Assembly: GCA_021463465.1 (NCBI GenBank)
Contig: JAJTYH010000002.1
Location: forward strand, 137,799-201,798
Length of the DNA: 64,000 bases
Direction: 5' to 3'
Source of the DNA: a bacterium
GTDB lineage: Bacteria > Patescibacteriota > Dojkabacteria > SC72
This document shows positions 18,266 to 28,827 of this stretch, one piece after another. The notes beneath the pieces are model-generated. The model saw nothing but the letters and a program-made list of their open reading frames with translations, was not told the origin of the DNA and did no database searches. A program made the translations under genes and the position numbers. Positions within the stretch are counted from its first letter, which is position 1. Each line of letters opens with the position of its first letter.

Positions 18266-20884
18266 GCTATCTTTCCATTTGTGAATCAAATTTAATGATT
18301 CCAATGGCGTTAAATTATCCAGATCCAAATCTTTTAATTCATTAGTAATTTCATTATCTGAAAGTTCAAACAAAGGAATTTGAAGAGCTTTCATCTCCTT
18401 TTCTTTAACTCTCTTTTCACTCTGGACAGGAGGGATATCTGTATCTCTCAATTTACTAGCATTAGCAAACATTGACTCTTGCTCAAAGCCTTCCAGAATC
18501 TCATATGCTCGCTGAATGACTTTAGTTGGTAGTCCAGCCATTTGAGCTACATAGATACCGTAGCTGCGATTGGTCCCACCTTCTACAATTTTACGAAGGA
18601 AAACAACGGTTCCTTTGGATGTATTCTCATCTACTAATACATTGTAGTTCTTAACGCCTTCTTCAACTTTTTCAGCCAACTTCAAGAGTTCATGATAATG
18701 GGTAGCGAATAACGTACGAGCTTTCACCTCTTTACTTATGTATTCCGCTAACGACCATGCGATGCTAACTCCGTCATAAGTACTCGTACCTCTTCCAATC
18801 TCATCCAAAATAATGAGGCTGAACCGAGTCGCACTACTCACAATATTTGCAGCTTCATCCATTTCAACCATGAAAGTACTACGACCTCTTGCCAAATCAT
18901 CTGAGGCGCCAACCCGAGTAAAAATCCTATCAACCAATGAAACCTCACATTCTTTTGCAGGAACAAAACATCCGATCTGAGCCATAAGAACCAAAGTTGC
19001 TACCTGTCGGATATATGTAGATTTACCTGACATATTTGGTCCAGTCAGAATAGCCATCCTATCTGAACCAAGGTTTAGGAAAGTATCATTAGTTACAAAT
19101 TCATCACTTAGATTTACTTCTACCACTGGATGACGGCCATCTTTAATACTAATTATCCCCTCCCGTTTGCCAAAGTCATTAATCTTTGGCTCACAATAAT
19201 TACGAGTTGTAGCCAGATGTGCAAATCCGGCAAGCACATCCAAGAATGCAATGTCACTAGCGACACTTTGTAAAGTCGGGATAATAGGTAAGCACTTCTC
19301 TCTAATTTTTTGAAAAACTTTGTATTCAAGAGTTGCCAATCGTTCCTGTGAGTTCAGTATAAGCTCCTCTTTATCTTTAAGCTCTTGAGTAACATACCTC
19401 TCAGAGTTAACCAAAGTTTGTTTTCGGATATAATCTGAAGGCACTTTCTCATGATGGGTGTGGGTTACTTCGATATAGTAGCCAAAGACCTTAGTGTAAG
19501 CAATTTTTAACGACCCAATCCCTGTTCGCTCCCGTTCTTGTGATTCAAACTCTTTAATCCAACTTTTGGTATCAACAGTCAACTTTCTTAGTTCCTCGAT
19601 CTCCTTATCATAACTAGGTTTAACGATATGACCTTCAGTAATAAGTACGGGTGGGTTTTCCTCAATAGCATTATCCAAAAGTGTAATGAGTTCATCAATC
19701 TGCTTTTTGACACTTTTATCAACAAAGACAGTTGAGAAATGTTTATTCAAATCATTTAAACTTTCTTTGATTTGCATCGCTCTAACCAATGAAAGTTGTA
19801 GAGCCTTTAGATCTCTAGCATTGACTCTGTTTAGCCCTATTTTACCGACTAATCGCTCAATATCATTTATTCCATCAAGCAACACTCTTATTTGTGTCAA
19901 AACTTCAGGAGAATTCACCAAATAGGTCACAATCTTCAGCCTCTGTTTAATAGGTATAATTTCTATCAAAGGTGAAAGAAGCCAGGAATAAAGAAGTCGC
20001 TTTCCCATAAGAGTAAGAGTATGATCTATCACCGAAAACAGAGAACCTGAAGCATCACCTGTATACGAACTTCTCACTAGTTCCAAATTATTAACCGTAG
20101 CACGATCAAGTATCATTGTATTTGATAGGTTAAACCGCTTAGGCTTAATTACATGTTCAGGACTTACCTTCTGTGTTTCTTGGATATATCCCAAAGCCAT
20201 CGCCAATGGAACTACCACGCTATCATCAGCTTCAAGACCTAGTGCTTCAACATCACTCACCTTAAAGAATTTTTTGAGTTGAAGCAGAGAGTATTCTGCT
20301 TTACCCTGTGACTTGGGTAACAAACTAACAGGAAAATCTGGAAAAAACATTCCTTTCTCATTATCCAAAATTACAACTTCTGCAGGTTCGTACATCGTGA
20401 GCAGGTTAGAAAGCGAGGTTTTACTATCCTGTACACTTGTGTATAAAAACTCACCGGTACTTATATCAAGAAAAGCTGCATTAATTTGTTTTTTTTGACG
20501 AAAAAATGTAGAGAGATACTGTTTTTTACCTGAGCTAGCATCACTTTGATCAAGTGTACTTGGTGTTACAATTCTAGTGACAGCACGTTTGACTATTCCT
20601 TTTGCAGCTGTAGGATCTTCGATTTGGTCAACGATTACAGCACAATACCCAGCACTGATAATCTTAGGAATATACTGATTCAACGCATGATGTGGGGAAC
20701 CAGCAAGTGGCGTAGGATCTGTCTTCCGATCGCGAGAAGTGAGTGTTATATTGAGAATTTTAGAAGTAAGCTTGGCATCTTCTCCAAAAGTTTCAAAAAA
20801 ATCACCCATACGAAATAACACAATCTTATCAGGGTATTGATTCTTAAAGCCAAGATATTGCGACATCATCGGGGTTTGCGCCAT
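18257..20884 (-). CDS. mutS: DNA mismatch repair protein MutS
   Basis: N-terminal mismatch-binding MSQYLGFKNQYPDKIVLFRMGDFFETFGEDA; Walker A GPNMSGKSTYIRQ; 875 aa. Confidence 0.9.
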   Translation of the reverse strand: MAQTPMMSQYLGFKNQYPDKIVLFRMGDFFETFGEDAKLTSKILNITLTSRDRKTDPTPLAGSPHHALNQYIPKIISAGYCAVIVDQIEDPTAAKGIVKRAVTRIVTPSTLDQSDASSGKKQYLSTFFRQKKQINAAFLDISTGEFLYTSVQDSKTSLSNLLTMYEPAEVVILDNEKGMFFPDFPVSLLPKSQGKAEYSLLQLKKFFKVSDVEALGLEADDSVVVPLAMALGYIQETQKVSPEHVIKPKRFNLSNTMILDRATVNNLELVRSSYTGDASGSLFSVIDHTLTLMGKRLLYSWLLSPLIEIIPIKQRLKIVTYLVNSPEVLTQIRVLLDGINDIERLVGKIGLNRVNARDLKALQLSLVRAMQIKESLNDLNKHFSTVFVDKSVKKQIDELITLLDNAIEENPPVLITEGHIVKPSYDKEIEELRKLTVDTKSWIKEFESQERERTGIGSLKIAYTKVFGYYIEVTHTHHEKVPSDYIRKQTLVNSERYVTQELKDKEELILNSQERLATLEYKVFQKIREKCLPIIPTLQSVASDIAFLDVLAGFAHLATTRNYCEPKINDFGKREGIISIKDGRHPVVEVNLSDEFVTNDTFLNLGSDRMAILTGPNMSGKSTYIRQVATLVLMAQIGCFVPAKECEVSLVDRIFTRVGASDDLARGRSTFMVEMDEAANIVSSATRFSLIILDEIGRGTSTYDGVSIAWSLAEYISKEVKARTLFATHYHELLKLAEKVEEGVKNYNVLVDENTSKGTVVFLRKIVEGGTNRSYGIYVAQMAGLPTKVIQRAYEILEGFEQESMFANASKLRDTDIPPVQSEKRVKEKEMKALQIPLFELSDNEITNELKDLDLDNLTPLESLNLIHKWKDSLK

Positions 20885-20927
20885 GCCAAGAGTATAACAC
20901 AGTTAAACCGGTAGAATTAAGGTCGGA

Positions 20928-23426
20928 TTAGCTAAGGGAGAGTATGATTTTCGCCTCTTGTTCAACTACCAGTTGTTTGGCATCAACCAGATAATCATGG
21001 GAAACCGCGACACCGTAAGCACCTATACTTACACTGTGTTTAAGCAGTTCTTTGTTATCTTCACAAAGCACAATGAACTTCTTTCCTCGATGTTTAACAC
21101 TCCCATTCAGTGCATCTACAATTTTAAGGATGCTTCCTGCACTTAAATCGTAAATGCTATTCTTACCTTCCAGTGGCAAATTAAACATATGCTTGGCCAG
21201 AGTAGGGGTGTCAAGAATAATACCGTCAATCTCAGCATCAAGAATATCATCAGCCAATATTACCTCCGCAGGATTCTCAACTACAGCATATAGATTAAAG
21301 GAGCTGCCCCGACGTAATCCTCTTGATGAGATATCCTTCTTCAACTCCTTCATTTGCATCCCATTTTGAGGAGCATATAGAGCCAAAGAGATATTTCTAC
21401 AGTGATTAATGTTTCGCATCCTTCTCACCAACCGAAGAACAACATCAAGACTTTTCTTTGACTTCAAGTACCTACCCACACCTCTTGAGCTTGCACGACT
21501 CTCTTCTGACTCATACTCATTACCCTTAGGCAAATCACGGAAATCTGAAACTTTACCCATCCCCAGTGTCACAATAACTTCATTTGTACCTGCACTCTGA
21601 GCTAAGGTTACCAGTGGAGTAACAACCTCGGGCGCATAGGTCTTATACTTACCACTTACAGCAATATCTGCAGGATGTTTACCAAAATCAGTAATAACTT
21701 TATCAATATCAACCATTACTACACCGTCTCCCATAGAGTATTCAGGAAGTATTTCCAATTTTTTAGGTGTAACAAAAACTTTGGTTGCACTCTTAGGTAA
21801 AACAGGGGTCGTTTGTACAACTTGTGCCATTTTAGATTCAGGAAGTGCTGTGACAAATTCTTGTTCAGCCTTTTTAGACTGTATCTGCTGGGCTACAGCG
21901 ATCTCTTCAACTCTCGCTTGATTAATCAAATAAACACTCCCAGATGTACCATCTATTTTGACTATATCTCCAGATTTTAAATGCTCAGAAGCTTGTGTTA
22001 CTCCAACTATTGCAGGTATTGAGAATTCTCGGCATAAAATAGCCACTTCACTTGTAATCCCTCCCACCTCAGAAATTACACCTCCGGATTTTATGACTAG
22101 ATCTGCCAGAGAGCTATCAAATTCTTTCATTACCAAAATCTCATCCTTAGTCACACTATCCAGAGCGTTCATTACCAGATGTACTTTTCCTTGATTCTCA
22201 CCAAAGCTCGCACCAATACCACCCGCAAACACCTTAACTGCTGGCTTCTCTGGCTTAACTTCTTCTTTAACTGAAAGCAGGTCAGAGGCAACAGCCTCTT
22301 TTTCAACCAACTTTTGAGCTTCCATCAGAGCTTTGGCAGCCATACTTTCCACTTCAAGCTTTCGCCCCAACATCTCTTTAATCACTGCTCCAACCGAATT
22401 GGCTACAAAAGCATACCCTCCATACTGCACATGATGAGTCATATAGGACATCTTTGAATGCGCTGCTTTATATTGCAAAATCCAAACTCTTCCGCCACTT
22501 AAAACCCATTCAACATCGACAGAATCACCCAATTTATCTTCAATTAAAAGACAGATTTTGGCGACTTCTTCTACATATCTATCTTCTAATTTCTGTCTAT
22601 GACTCCATGATGGTGAAATCTTAATCTTTTCAAAACCTCCCTTTTCATTTAAAGATCTAACTTTCATCCACTCCTGCGGAGAAATATGCTTTTCATATAC
22701 CTCCAAATTTTTCTTGTGCAGATAGTATGTATCAGGTGTTATTTCACCGTTAGCTATTACATCACCCAAACCAAACACAGCTTCCATACTCATCTGAGCA
22801 GTACTCAAAGTCACAGGATCTACAGTAAAGCAGGTGCCTGAAATTTCTGAGTGCACCATTTTTTGAATTACAACAGCAAGGCTTACGTCTGATAGTTCAA
22901 CACCTTCACGTACTGCGTACATGACTGCTTCATCTGTAAACAGTGAAGCATATATATTTTTGATACTTCTGATTACATTATTAAATCCTCTAACATTAAG
23001 TTCAGTTGCAAAAACATCCGAAAAACTTACCTCTTTTGAAAGGTTATAACAAACAGATGATCGTACTGAAACCCAAGCATCTGAAAAGCCCGATAACTTT
23101 GTATATTCCCTAAGTAATTCACTTTTAACCTGATTGTCAAAATCAAATCTCTGAAACAGATTTGAAATTTCACGTGGTTCAGGATTTTCATCGCGTAAAA
23201 GTTCGTCTTTTTTCTCTTCGAACACTCTTTTAACAAAGTCTGTGAAAACTTTAGGTGATATGACAAAAAACTCAGGAACAGGAACATCAAAGCTATGGAG
23301 ATTAAAAAGACTCACACCTTTGCGACCTAAATGAACCTCGCTAATATAATCACTAGCAATATCGTCAACATGGAAAACATAAGGAACGTGGTTTTCTCCT
23401 ATTTTATTTCCGGGTGTGCTAAACAT
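20928..23426 (-). CDS. PEP-utilizing enzyme of the PEP synthase/pyruvate phosphate dikinase/rifampin-phosphotransferase architecture; canonical phospho-His replaced by Glu
   Basis: N-terminal PPDK_N ATP-grasp-like domain, central mobile-domain signature G-G-I-T-S-E-V-A-I-L-C-R (consensus G-G-x-T-S-H-A-A-I-x-x-R), divergent C-terminal domain. 832 aa. Confidence 0.7.
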   Translation of the reverse strand: MFSTPGNKIGENHVPYVFHVDDIASDYISEVHLGRKGVSLFNLHSFDVPVPEFFVISPKVFTDFVKRVFEEKKDELLRDENPEPREISNLFQRFDFDNQVKSELLREYTKLSGFSDAWVSVRSSVCYNLSKEVSFSDVFATELNVRGFNNVIRSIKNIYASLFTDEAVMYAVREGVELSDVSLAVVIQKMVHSEISGTCFTVDPVTLSTAQMSMEAVFGLGDVIANGEITPDTYYLHKKNLEVYEKHISPQEWMKVRSLNEKGGFEKIKISPSWSHRQKLEDRYVEEVAKICLLIEDKLGDSVDVEWVLSGGRVWILQYKAAHSKMSYMTHHVQYGGYAFVANSVGAVIKEMLGRKLEVESMAAKALMEAQKLVEKEAVASDLLSVKEEVKPEKPAVKVFAGGIGASFGENQGKVHLVMNALDSVTKDEILVMKEFDSSLADLVIKSGGVISEVGGITSEVAILCREFSIPAIVGVTQASEHLKSGDIVKIDGTSGSVYLINQARVEEIAVAQQIQSKKAEQEFVTALPESKMAQVVQTTPVLPKSATKVFVTPKKLEILPEYSMGDGVVMVDIDKVITDFGKHPADIAVSGKYKTYAPEVVTPLVTLAQSAGTNEVIVTLGMGKVSDFRDLPKGNEYESEESRASSRGVGRYLKSKKSLDVVLRLVRRMRNINHCRNISLALYAPQNGMQMKELKKDISSRGLRRGSSFNLYAVVENPAEVILADDILDAEIDGIILDTPTLAKHMFNLPLEGKNSIYDLSAGSILKIVDALNGSVKHRGKKFIVLCEDNKELLKHSVSIGAYGVAVSHDYLVDAKQLVVEQEAKIILSLS

Positions 23427-23448
23427 TTTGGGCAGCTAAATATATCCT

Positions 23449-24624
23449 TTAAACAATACCTTTCGCCTTCAGCTTTTGCAAGTCTTGATAAAATTGGAAC
23501 AAGATTTCAAGCAATACAACTGTAGGGATTGAAATCAATGCTCCAATCGGGCCTGCGAGGGTAAATCCAGAAGCAACAGCTAGTACTACAACAATAGGTT
23601 TAAGACCTACTGCGTTAGCCATTACTCTTGGCACAATCACTGAGTTTTCAAGCTGCTGAATAATTAAACAACCAAGAAGCACTACTACCCCAACACCAAA
23701 CCCACCTGTGACAAGTGCTACTAAAACTGCTGGGACAGCAGCAATAATAGGGCCTATATTTGGGATCGATTCCAATAACCCCGCCAATACTGCAAATGGC
23801 AAAGCAAAGGGCACACCTGCAAAAGTTAAAAGTAACCAAGTTAACGCACCGATAATAAAAGAGAGAGTTAGCTGACCAATAAGCCAGTTTCCTAACTTCT
23901 CCTCCACATCAAAGACTAGCTTTCTAACTCTAGTGCGCTTTTGTTCGTCTACAATTCGAAGCAATACCAAATCAACAAAGTTGTCATGATCAGTAACCAT
24001 ATAAACAGACATGAAAAGCATTGTAACTATCGACACTAATCCACCTGCCAAGCCAAAAACTGTACTTAATGCGGTTTTAACGCCTTCACTTCCAGAACCA
24101 CTTGCAAAAGAATTACTTGCCCAGTTAATAAAGACCTCTTTGTATTCCAGAATGAAAGCAACATCAATAGGTCTACCATTAATATTTATAGTACCTACCT
24201 CCTTCACGAATGCATCCAGATAAGAAGGTAAATCGCCAATTAAAGTCTGAGATTCAGTAACAAAAGGTACTAAAATCAAAGTAAGGGTTCCTAAGAAAAA
24301 CATTGAGATTAAAAGATATACCACAAAAATTGAAAGTGACTTAGGAACGCCATGATTTGTTAATCCTTTAACCAAGGGTAGGGCAGAAGAAGAAAGAATA
24401 AAAGCCAGAAATAGTAGTACTAAGACTTGTACTAACTTCAATCCAAAATATATAATCCCAATTGTAGCTAAGACCAATAAGATACTTCTTAGAGAAATAT
24501 CCACATTAATAGTAGTTTTGTGTTCAGGCAGGGGCAGAACTTGTGTATGTGCGGATGATCTTGAACTTTCAACCAAGCTATCCATACCTCGTTTACTCGA
24601 TCTGGCAATAAACTCTCTATGCAT
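23449..24624 (-). CDS. AI-2E family (PerM/YhhT-like) membrane transporter
   Basis: 8 TM helices and the conserved C-terminal AI-2E pattern (LGNWLIGQL...LESIPNIGPIIAAVP). Confidence 0.7.
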   Translation of the reverse strand: MHREFIARSSKRGMDSLVESSRSSAHTQVLPLPEHKTTINVDISLRSILLVLATIGIIYFGLKLVQVLVLLFLAFILSSSALPLVKGLTNHGVPKSLSIFVVYLLISMFFLGTLTLILVPFVTESQTLIGDLPSYLDAFVKEVGTININGRPIDVAFILEYKEVFINWASNSFASGSGSEGVKTALSTVFGLAGGLVSIVTMLFMSVYMVTDHDNFVDLVLLRIVDEQKRTRVRKLVFDVEEKLGNWLIGQLTLSFIIGALTWLLLTFAGVPFALPFAVLAGLLESIPNIGPIIAAVPAVLVALVTGGFGVGVVVLLGCLIIQQLENSVIVPRVMANAVGLKPIVVVLAVASGFTLAGPIGALISIPTVVLLEILFQFYQDLQKLKAKGIV

Positions 24625-25252
24625 TTGTCATTCTCTCTTTTTCATCCGAATTAGTCAAACGAATTTCAAACAATTTCAGTACACTCAGAACTAGGCCAAT
24701 TCCACCTAGGACACCCGTTACAATACGTTTACTAATGCTATTAATGTACTGAGTAGGCACAGCTTCTATTGCCAATTTTTCTACAAGGGTTTGAAATCCT
24801 ACATCCAATAGTATTGGTAACAAAAGCACTAATATTACCCATCCACTTATTTTCAACTTCTTTGGGTTAACTAAACCTAACAAGAAACCAAAAATTACAA
24901 AAGACCCGTAAAGGGCGATATCTCTAATACACACCGCAACTTTGTATCCAACAGTTTCATTTCCTATATAGTCGTGTCCAAAGTATTCAGGGTATTGATT
25001 TTCAGAAGATTCATTCGGAATCAGCTCTAACATCTTCAACTCCTGAGTAGTATAAAAGCTCTTTTCGCCCATTAAAAAAAGCGATCTCTCAACCCGTTGA
25101 TGACAAAATTTCTCGTAAATCTCATAAATTGTTGTGGCAATAGACGTGTACCCGCCTTTCATGAACATAGGAGCCATAAAAGCCAACCCTAGGTAAAAGA
25201 AAACAATAAGAGAGATTATCAATAAAACTTTTTGATTAAAGGCCAGATTCAT
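24617..25252 (-). CDS. DUF2085-like membrane protein
   Basis: CHQRVERSLFLMG motif typical of DUF2085; several TM helices. Confidence 0.45.
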   Translation of the reverse strand: MNLAFNQKVLLIISLIVFFYLGLAFMAPMFMKGGYTSIATTIYEIYEKFCHQRVERSLFLMGEKSFYTTQELKMLELIPNESSENQYPEYFGHDYIGNETVGYKVAVCIRDIALYGSFVIFGFLLGLVNPKKLKISGWVILVLLLPILLDVGFQTLVEKLAIEAVPTQYINSISKRIVTGVLGGIGLVLSVLKLFEIRLTNSDEKERMTNA

Positions 25253-25295
25253 AGGTTTATGATATATTTTACTGTAATTTTGCCCACCAAAATAG

Positions 25296-26030
25296 ATGTT
25301 AGCAAAAATCCTAAGTTTCTTCGTAGAAGATGAGAGAACAGACTTTTCTTTTTATCGTCTGTATACGAAATTAAAGCAGTGGGCCAAGGAAGGAACTTTG
25401 CCTTGGGAACACGAATTACCTCAATCTATATCCTTTGAACCAAATTTTTGGAAAAAAGTAATTGAGATTCACAAAGCTACAAAGGGCGATAATCACGAGC
25501 GGGCATTTTCTGTTTTTTGGGCAGACGGCGAATTAGTGATTACTGGAGTAACCAAGGGGTCAACATCATCAGTTACTACAAACTCAGTAGTGGGGGTGAA
25601 ATATAGTCCTAGTAGACATAAGGGATATCTCACAAAGACCATAACTGTCGATAGCAACACTTACAGTACCAAAGAGGTTTATCACAAAAATGTACCATCA
25701 CAACTGGAAGTGAAGTATCTTTTCAATGTACATACTCATCCAAGAAAAGTTATTAACAATAACGATTACTATGGTTTTTTCTCCATTACGGATTTAAATA
25801 GTTTGATTAATTCAAACGCAATTATAACCGGCATGATAACAGACAAATTCTGGTTGCTGGTTAAAACTAACAAGTCACCGAAAGCATTGAATAATTACGA
25901 ACAAAACGAGGTCAATACAAATTCGCTAATTGAGAAGATTCGATTAGGTGTCTATTCAGGGGATCTCGGAGGCAAGTTACACCGCCACACGCTTCAGCTT
26001 CCTACTGACAATGTACAAGTTAGTACCTAA
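25296..26030 (+). CDS. Hypothetical protein with possible JAB/MPN-like metal motif (VHTHP...SITD)
   Basis: HxH followed ~14 aa later by SxxD; otherwise unrecognized. Confidence 0.3.
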   Translation: MLAKILSFFVEDERTDFSFYRLYTKLKQWAKEGTLPWEHELPQSISFEPNFWKKVIEIHKATKGDNHERAFSVFWADGELVITGVTKGSTSSVTTNSVVGVKYSPSRHKGYLTKTITVDSNTYSTKEVYHKNVPSQLEVKYLFNVHTHPRKVINNNDYYGFFSITDLNSLINSNAIITGMITDKFWLLVKTNKSPKALNNYEQNEVNTNSLIEKIRLGVYSGDLGGKLHRHTLQLPTDNVQVST

Positions 26031-26891
26031 TATCAATAAGGCTGCTATTCCAAAGATTCCGAAGAGTCTGTTTCCTAATATGTATGCCAACTCATTACTA
26101 AGTGGTCCAGCTGATTCAGGTAAATCAGTTACACCACCACCATTAATATCTCCCAAGGCATAAATAACTTTAACATTGGTTGTAGCTCTAGAACTGTTTC
26201 CTGCACTATCAGTAACTACAGCGCTGAATTCATTTCCACCTACACTAAGAGGAATGTCACGAATAACGAAATTCCCCTTATCATTAGTTTTAGCACTGTA
26301 CTCCTTATCATCCCTTCGAAGGGTAACCGTTGTACTGGCCTCTGCTACACCTCTCACAGTGAATGCTTTAGTATCTACCTCTCTTTCGTAAGTAAAGGTA
26401 ACGGTTTTACTTGGAGGAGTTCTATCCACCAACACAAACACTGGCGAAGTCTTCTCACTTCTAAGACGAATAGGAAAACCTCTGAGTGATGCCGCCTCAA
26501 TTTCGTATCGAGTTCCGTCAACAGTTCCAAGATAGTCATAGCTGAAACGTCCGTCAGTTACATCTACAGTCACGGGTGTTACCTCATCCTGCGAAACGGT
26601 ATCCGAGACCCAAATCATCACCTTGTCATAATCAGTCTCTCCAGCAATAGTCAACTTAACTGAATTAGTTGCTCCTGGTAGTTCATAAAGCATAGGCTTG
26701 GTAACATTTCGATCTTCTCGAGGAGGTAAGTAGTAGAGTACAAACATAACAACACCTACTACAAAAAGCAGGATGCCCAAAGCTACGAGGACAGTACCCA
26801 CAATCATCGAGAGCATATTCTCGCTTTCTGGTTCCTGTGTTACTACCTGTACTTTTTCTACCATAGGAGTATCTAAACGTCGTCTCGCCAT
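25977..26891 (-). CDS. Cell-surface Ig-like/beta-sandwich protein with C-terminal sortase-type sorting signal (LPESAG + hydrophobic segment + SRKLKRVAV)
   Basis: Start placed at MARRRLDT (alternative MVEKVQV at 26864). N-terminal signal/anchor, tripartite C-terminal sorting signal. Divergently adjacent to a sortase gene. Confidence 0.55.
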   Translation of the reverse strand: MARRRLDTPMVEKVQVVTQEPESENMLSMIVGTVLVALGILLFVVGVVMFVLYYLPPREDRNVTKPMLYELPGATNSVKLTIAGETDYDKVMIWVSDTVSQDEVTPVTVDVTDGRFSYDYLGTVDGTRYEIEAASLRGFPIRLRSEKTSPVFVLVDRTPPSKTVTFTYEREVDTKAFTVRGVAEASTTVTLRRDDKEYSAKTNDKGNFVIRDIPLSVGGNEFSAVVTDSAGNSSRATTNVKVIYALGDINGGGVTDLPESAGPLSNELAYILGNRLFGIFGIAALLILGTNLYIVSRKLKRVAV

Positions 26892-27007
26892 TAAAGTTGA
26901 CCTATATAAGTTTATTCTACACCTTGAGTTTAATACATTCCTTAAAAAATAGCAATATAGCAAGATATTTGATAAAATACCGTCAACATAAAACAAACTT
27001 TAGATAC

Positions 27008-27712
27008 ATGTTAAAACTGATTGCCAAAATCACAACTTTAGCCCTAATACTATTGGCCGTGATCTCCATCCTGGTTTTTATGCTTTTCCCTAAATACCCT
27101 GAATTTAAAATTGCTGCCAGTCAGATTGATGTACACAAAATTTCTCACAACACTGTTCTCAACCTATTTACAAAATTATCCCCTCCCGACATTGTAGCTG
27201 TCGAAGACGATCTTATGTCTGATAAGTCGTTAGAACACATATCTCCCGAACTATTAAGCAAGCTCCAAAATGAAGGTAAGGTCCTTTTCAATATGGAAGC
27301 GCAGAACACCTCCTTGTATATTTCGTCCGTTAATATCAAAGGATCCGTTGTTGATGGAAAAGACTCCCACGAAATGGATAGAGGTTTTTGGCACTTCCCA
27401 CTTTCCAGCCAACCTGGACAAAAAGGCAATACTGTAATTATCGCCCACAGATTTTTGCACTTGCCTCCAAGGACTGACACTTTCTTTATGTTAGATAAAG
27501 TGAAAGTAGGGGACAAAGTCATAATCAACCAAAAAGACGGTATTTACAGATACACTGTGACCGAAACCAAAGTCGTAAAAAAGAACGACCGAACCATTCT
27601 GGAACCTACGTTCGATTATCGATTGACATTGGTCACCTGCCATCCATTATGGTCGTCTGAGCAGCGATTTGTCGTAGTCGGCAAATTGGACAAGGTTTAC
27701 GGAAATATATAA
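27008..27712 (+). CDS. Sortase (transpeptidase) family protein
   Basis: N-terminal TM anchor; catalytic His (TVIIAHRF), TLxTC Cys motif (LTLVTCHP) and conserved Arg (RFVVVGKL). Start placed at MLKLIAK, internal to the longer listed ORF. Confidence 0.75.
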   Translation: MLKLIAKITTLALILLAVISILVFMLFPKYPEFKIAASQIDVHKISHNTVLNLFTKLSPPDIVAVEDDLMSDKSLEHISPELLSKLQNEGKVLFNMEAQNTSLYISSVNIKGSVVDGKDSHEMDRGFWHFPLSSQPGQKGNTVIIAHRFLHLPPRTDTFFMLDKVKVGDKVIINQKDGIYRYTVTETKVVKKNDRTILEPTFDYRLTLVTCHPLWSSEQRFVVVGKLDKVYGNI

Positions 27713-27785
27713 ACCAACAGCCACATTATTCTTGATTAAAAGAGTAATTAAAGTTAAACTTACACGCTAAAATAAAGATACACGT

Positions 27786-28811
27786 ATGGATAAGAAATAC
27801 ACTACAAAACAGATTGCCTCCGACACAATTGAAATCAAATTCACATTGGAAAATAGTGCAGTCACTAAATCTTACGAAACCCTTTTAAATAATGAGCTCA
27901 AAAACACTAATTTGAAAGGCTTTAGAAAAGGCGTCACCCCGCGTGAATTAGTCGAGTCTAAACTACAACCTCAGCTACTCTTCGAAGTACTCAACCGTTT
28001 AGCTCCTTTGACTTTAAGCAGCATTGTTAGCAAGGAGAAAATCAATCTCATTGCCGCCCCAGAGTACAAAGAAATTCCAAACCTAGAACTTGGTAAGAAT
28101 ATCGATTTGACTGTTCATGTAACAGTTATGCCAGAATTCAAACTTGGAAATATGAAGAAAATAAAAGTGACTCCTAAGAGCGAGAAAGTAAAAGTGGAAG
28201 AGGTTGAAAAGATAATGACACAATTAGAGAGTAATCCAAACCTCAAAACCAAGAAAGGTTCAAAGGCATGGGCAAAAGAAGCCGCAAAATTGCTTCAAAT
28301 CGAAAAAGCCGAAACAGTTGAAGAACTTAAGGTGGAAATCACCAAAGTCCTACAAGCAGAAAAAGATAACATCCTCAGAAAACAATCCGAGAATGACGCT
28401 TTGAGCCAAGCTATCGCTTTATCCAAAATCGTAATCCCAGATCCAGCAATTCACTATGAAGCTCATGAACGCCAACACTCCTTTGGGCATCAGCTTGAAG
28501 GGATGAATATGACTATGGATCAATACGCAAAAACCCAAGGTGTAACAGTTGAACATATGGTTGAAATGTGGCATAAAGACGCCAAAGAAGCTCTTGAGAC
28601 CGATGTATTTCTCAAGCTTTACGCCAAAGAGAAAGGCATTAAAGTCAGCGATGAAGAATTGAAAATTGAGATTGAAAAAGTCAAGAAGAGTAATAATCAG
28701 ACCCCTGAACTCTACGATAATCCAGAATGGCAGGAATATATACGAAGGGTCACACTAAAGCAAAGAGCTTACGAGCAATTCCTTAAAGATGTAATGCCTA
28801 AATCTAAGTAA
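27786..28811 (+). CDS. tig: Trigger factor (short form)
   Basis: Ribosome-binding signature [10 protein letters not shown] in the N-terminal domain; conserved tig-clpP synteny; 341 aa. Confidence 0.7.
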   Translation: MDKKYTTKQIASDTIEIKFTLENSAVTKSYETLLNNELKNTNLKGFRKGVTPRELVESKLQPQLLFEVLNRLAPLTLSSIVSKEKINLIAAPEYKEIPNLELGKNIDLTVHVTVMPEFKLGNMKKIKVTPKSEKVKVEEVEKIMTQLESNPNLKTKKGSKAWAKEAAKLLQIEKAETVEELKVEITKVLQAEKDNILRKQSENDALSQAIALSKIVIPDPAIHYEAHERQHSFGHQLEGMNMTMDQYAKTQGVTVEHMVEMWHKDAKEALETDVFLKLYAKEKGIKVSDEELKIEIEKVKKSNNQTPELYDNPEWQEYIRRVTLKQRAYEQFLKDVMPKSK

Positions 28812-28827
28812 CTTTTATTACTCAATT

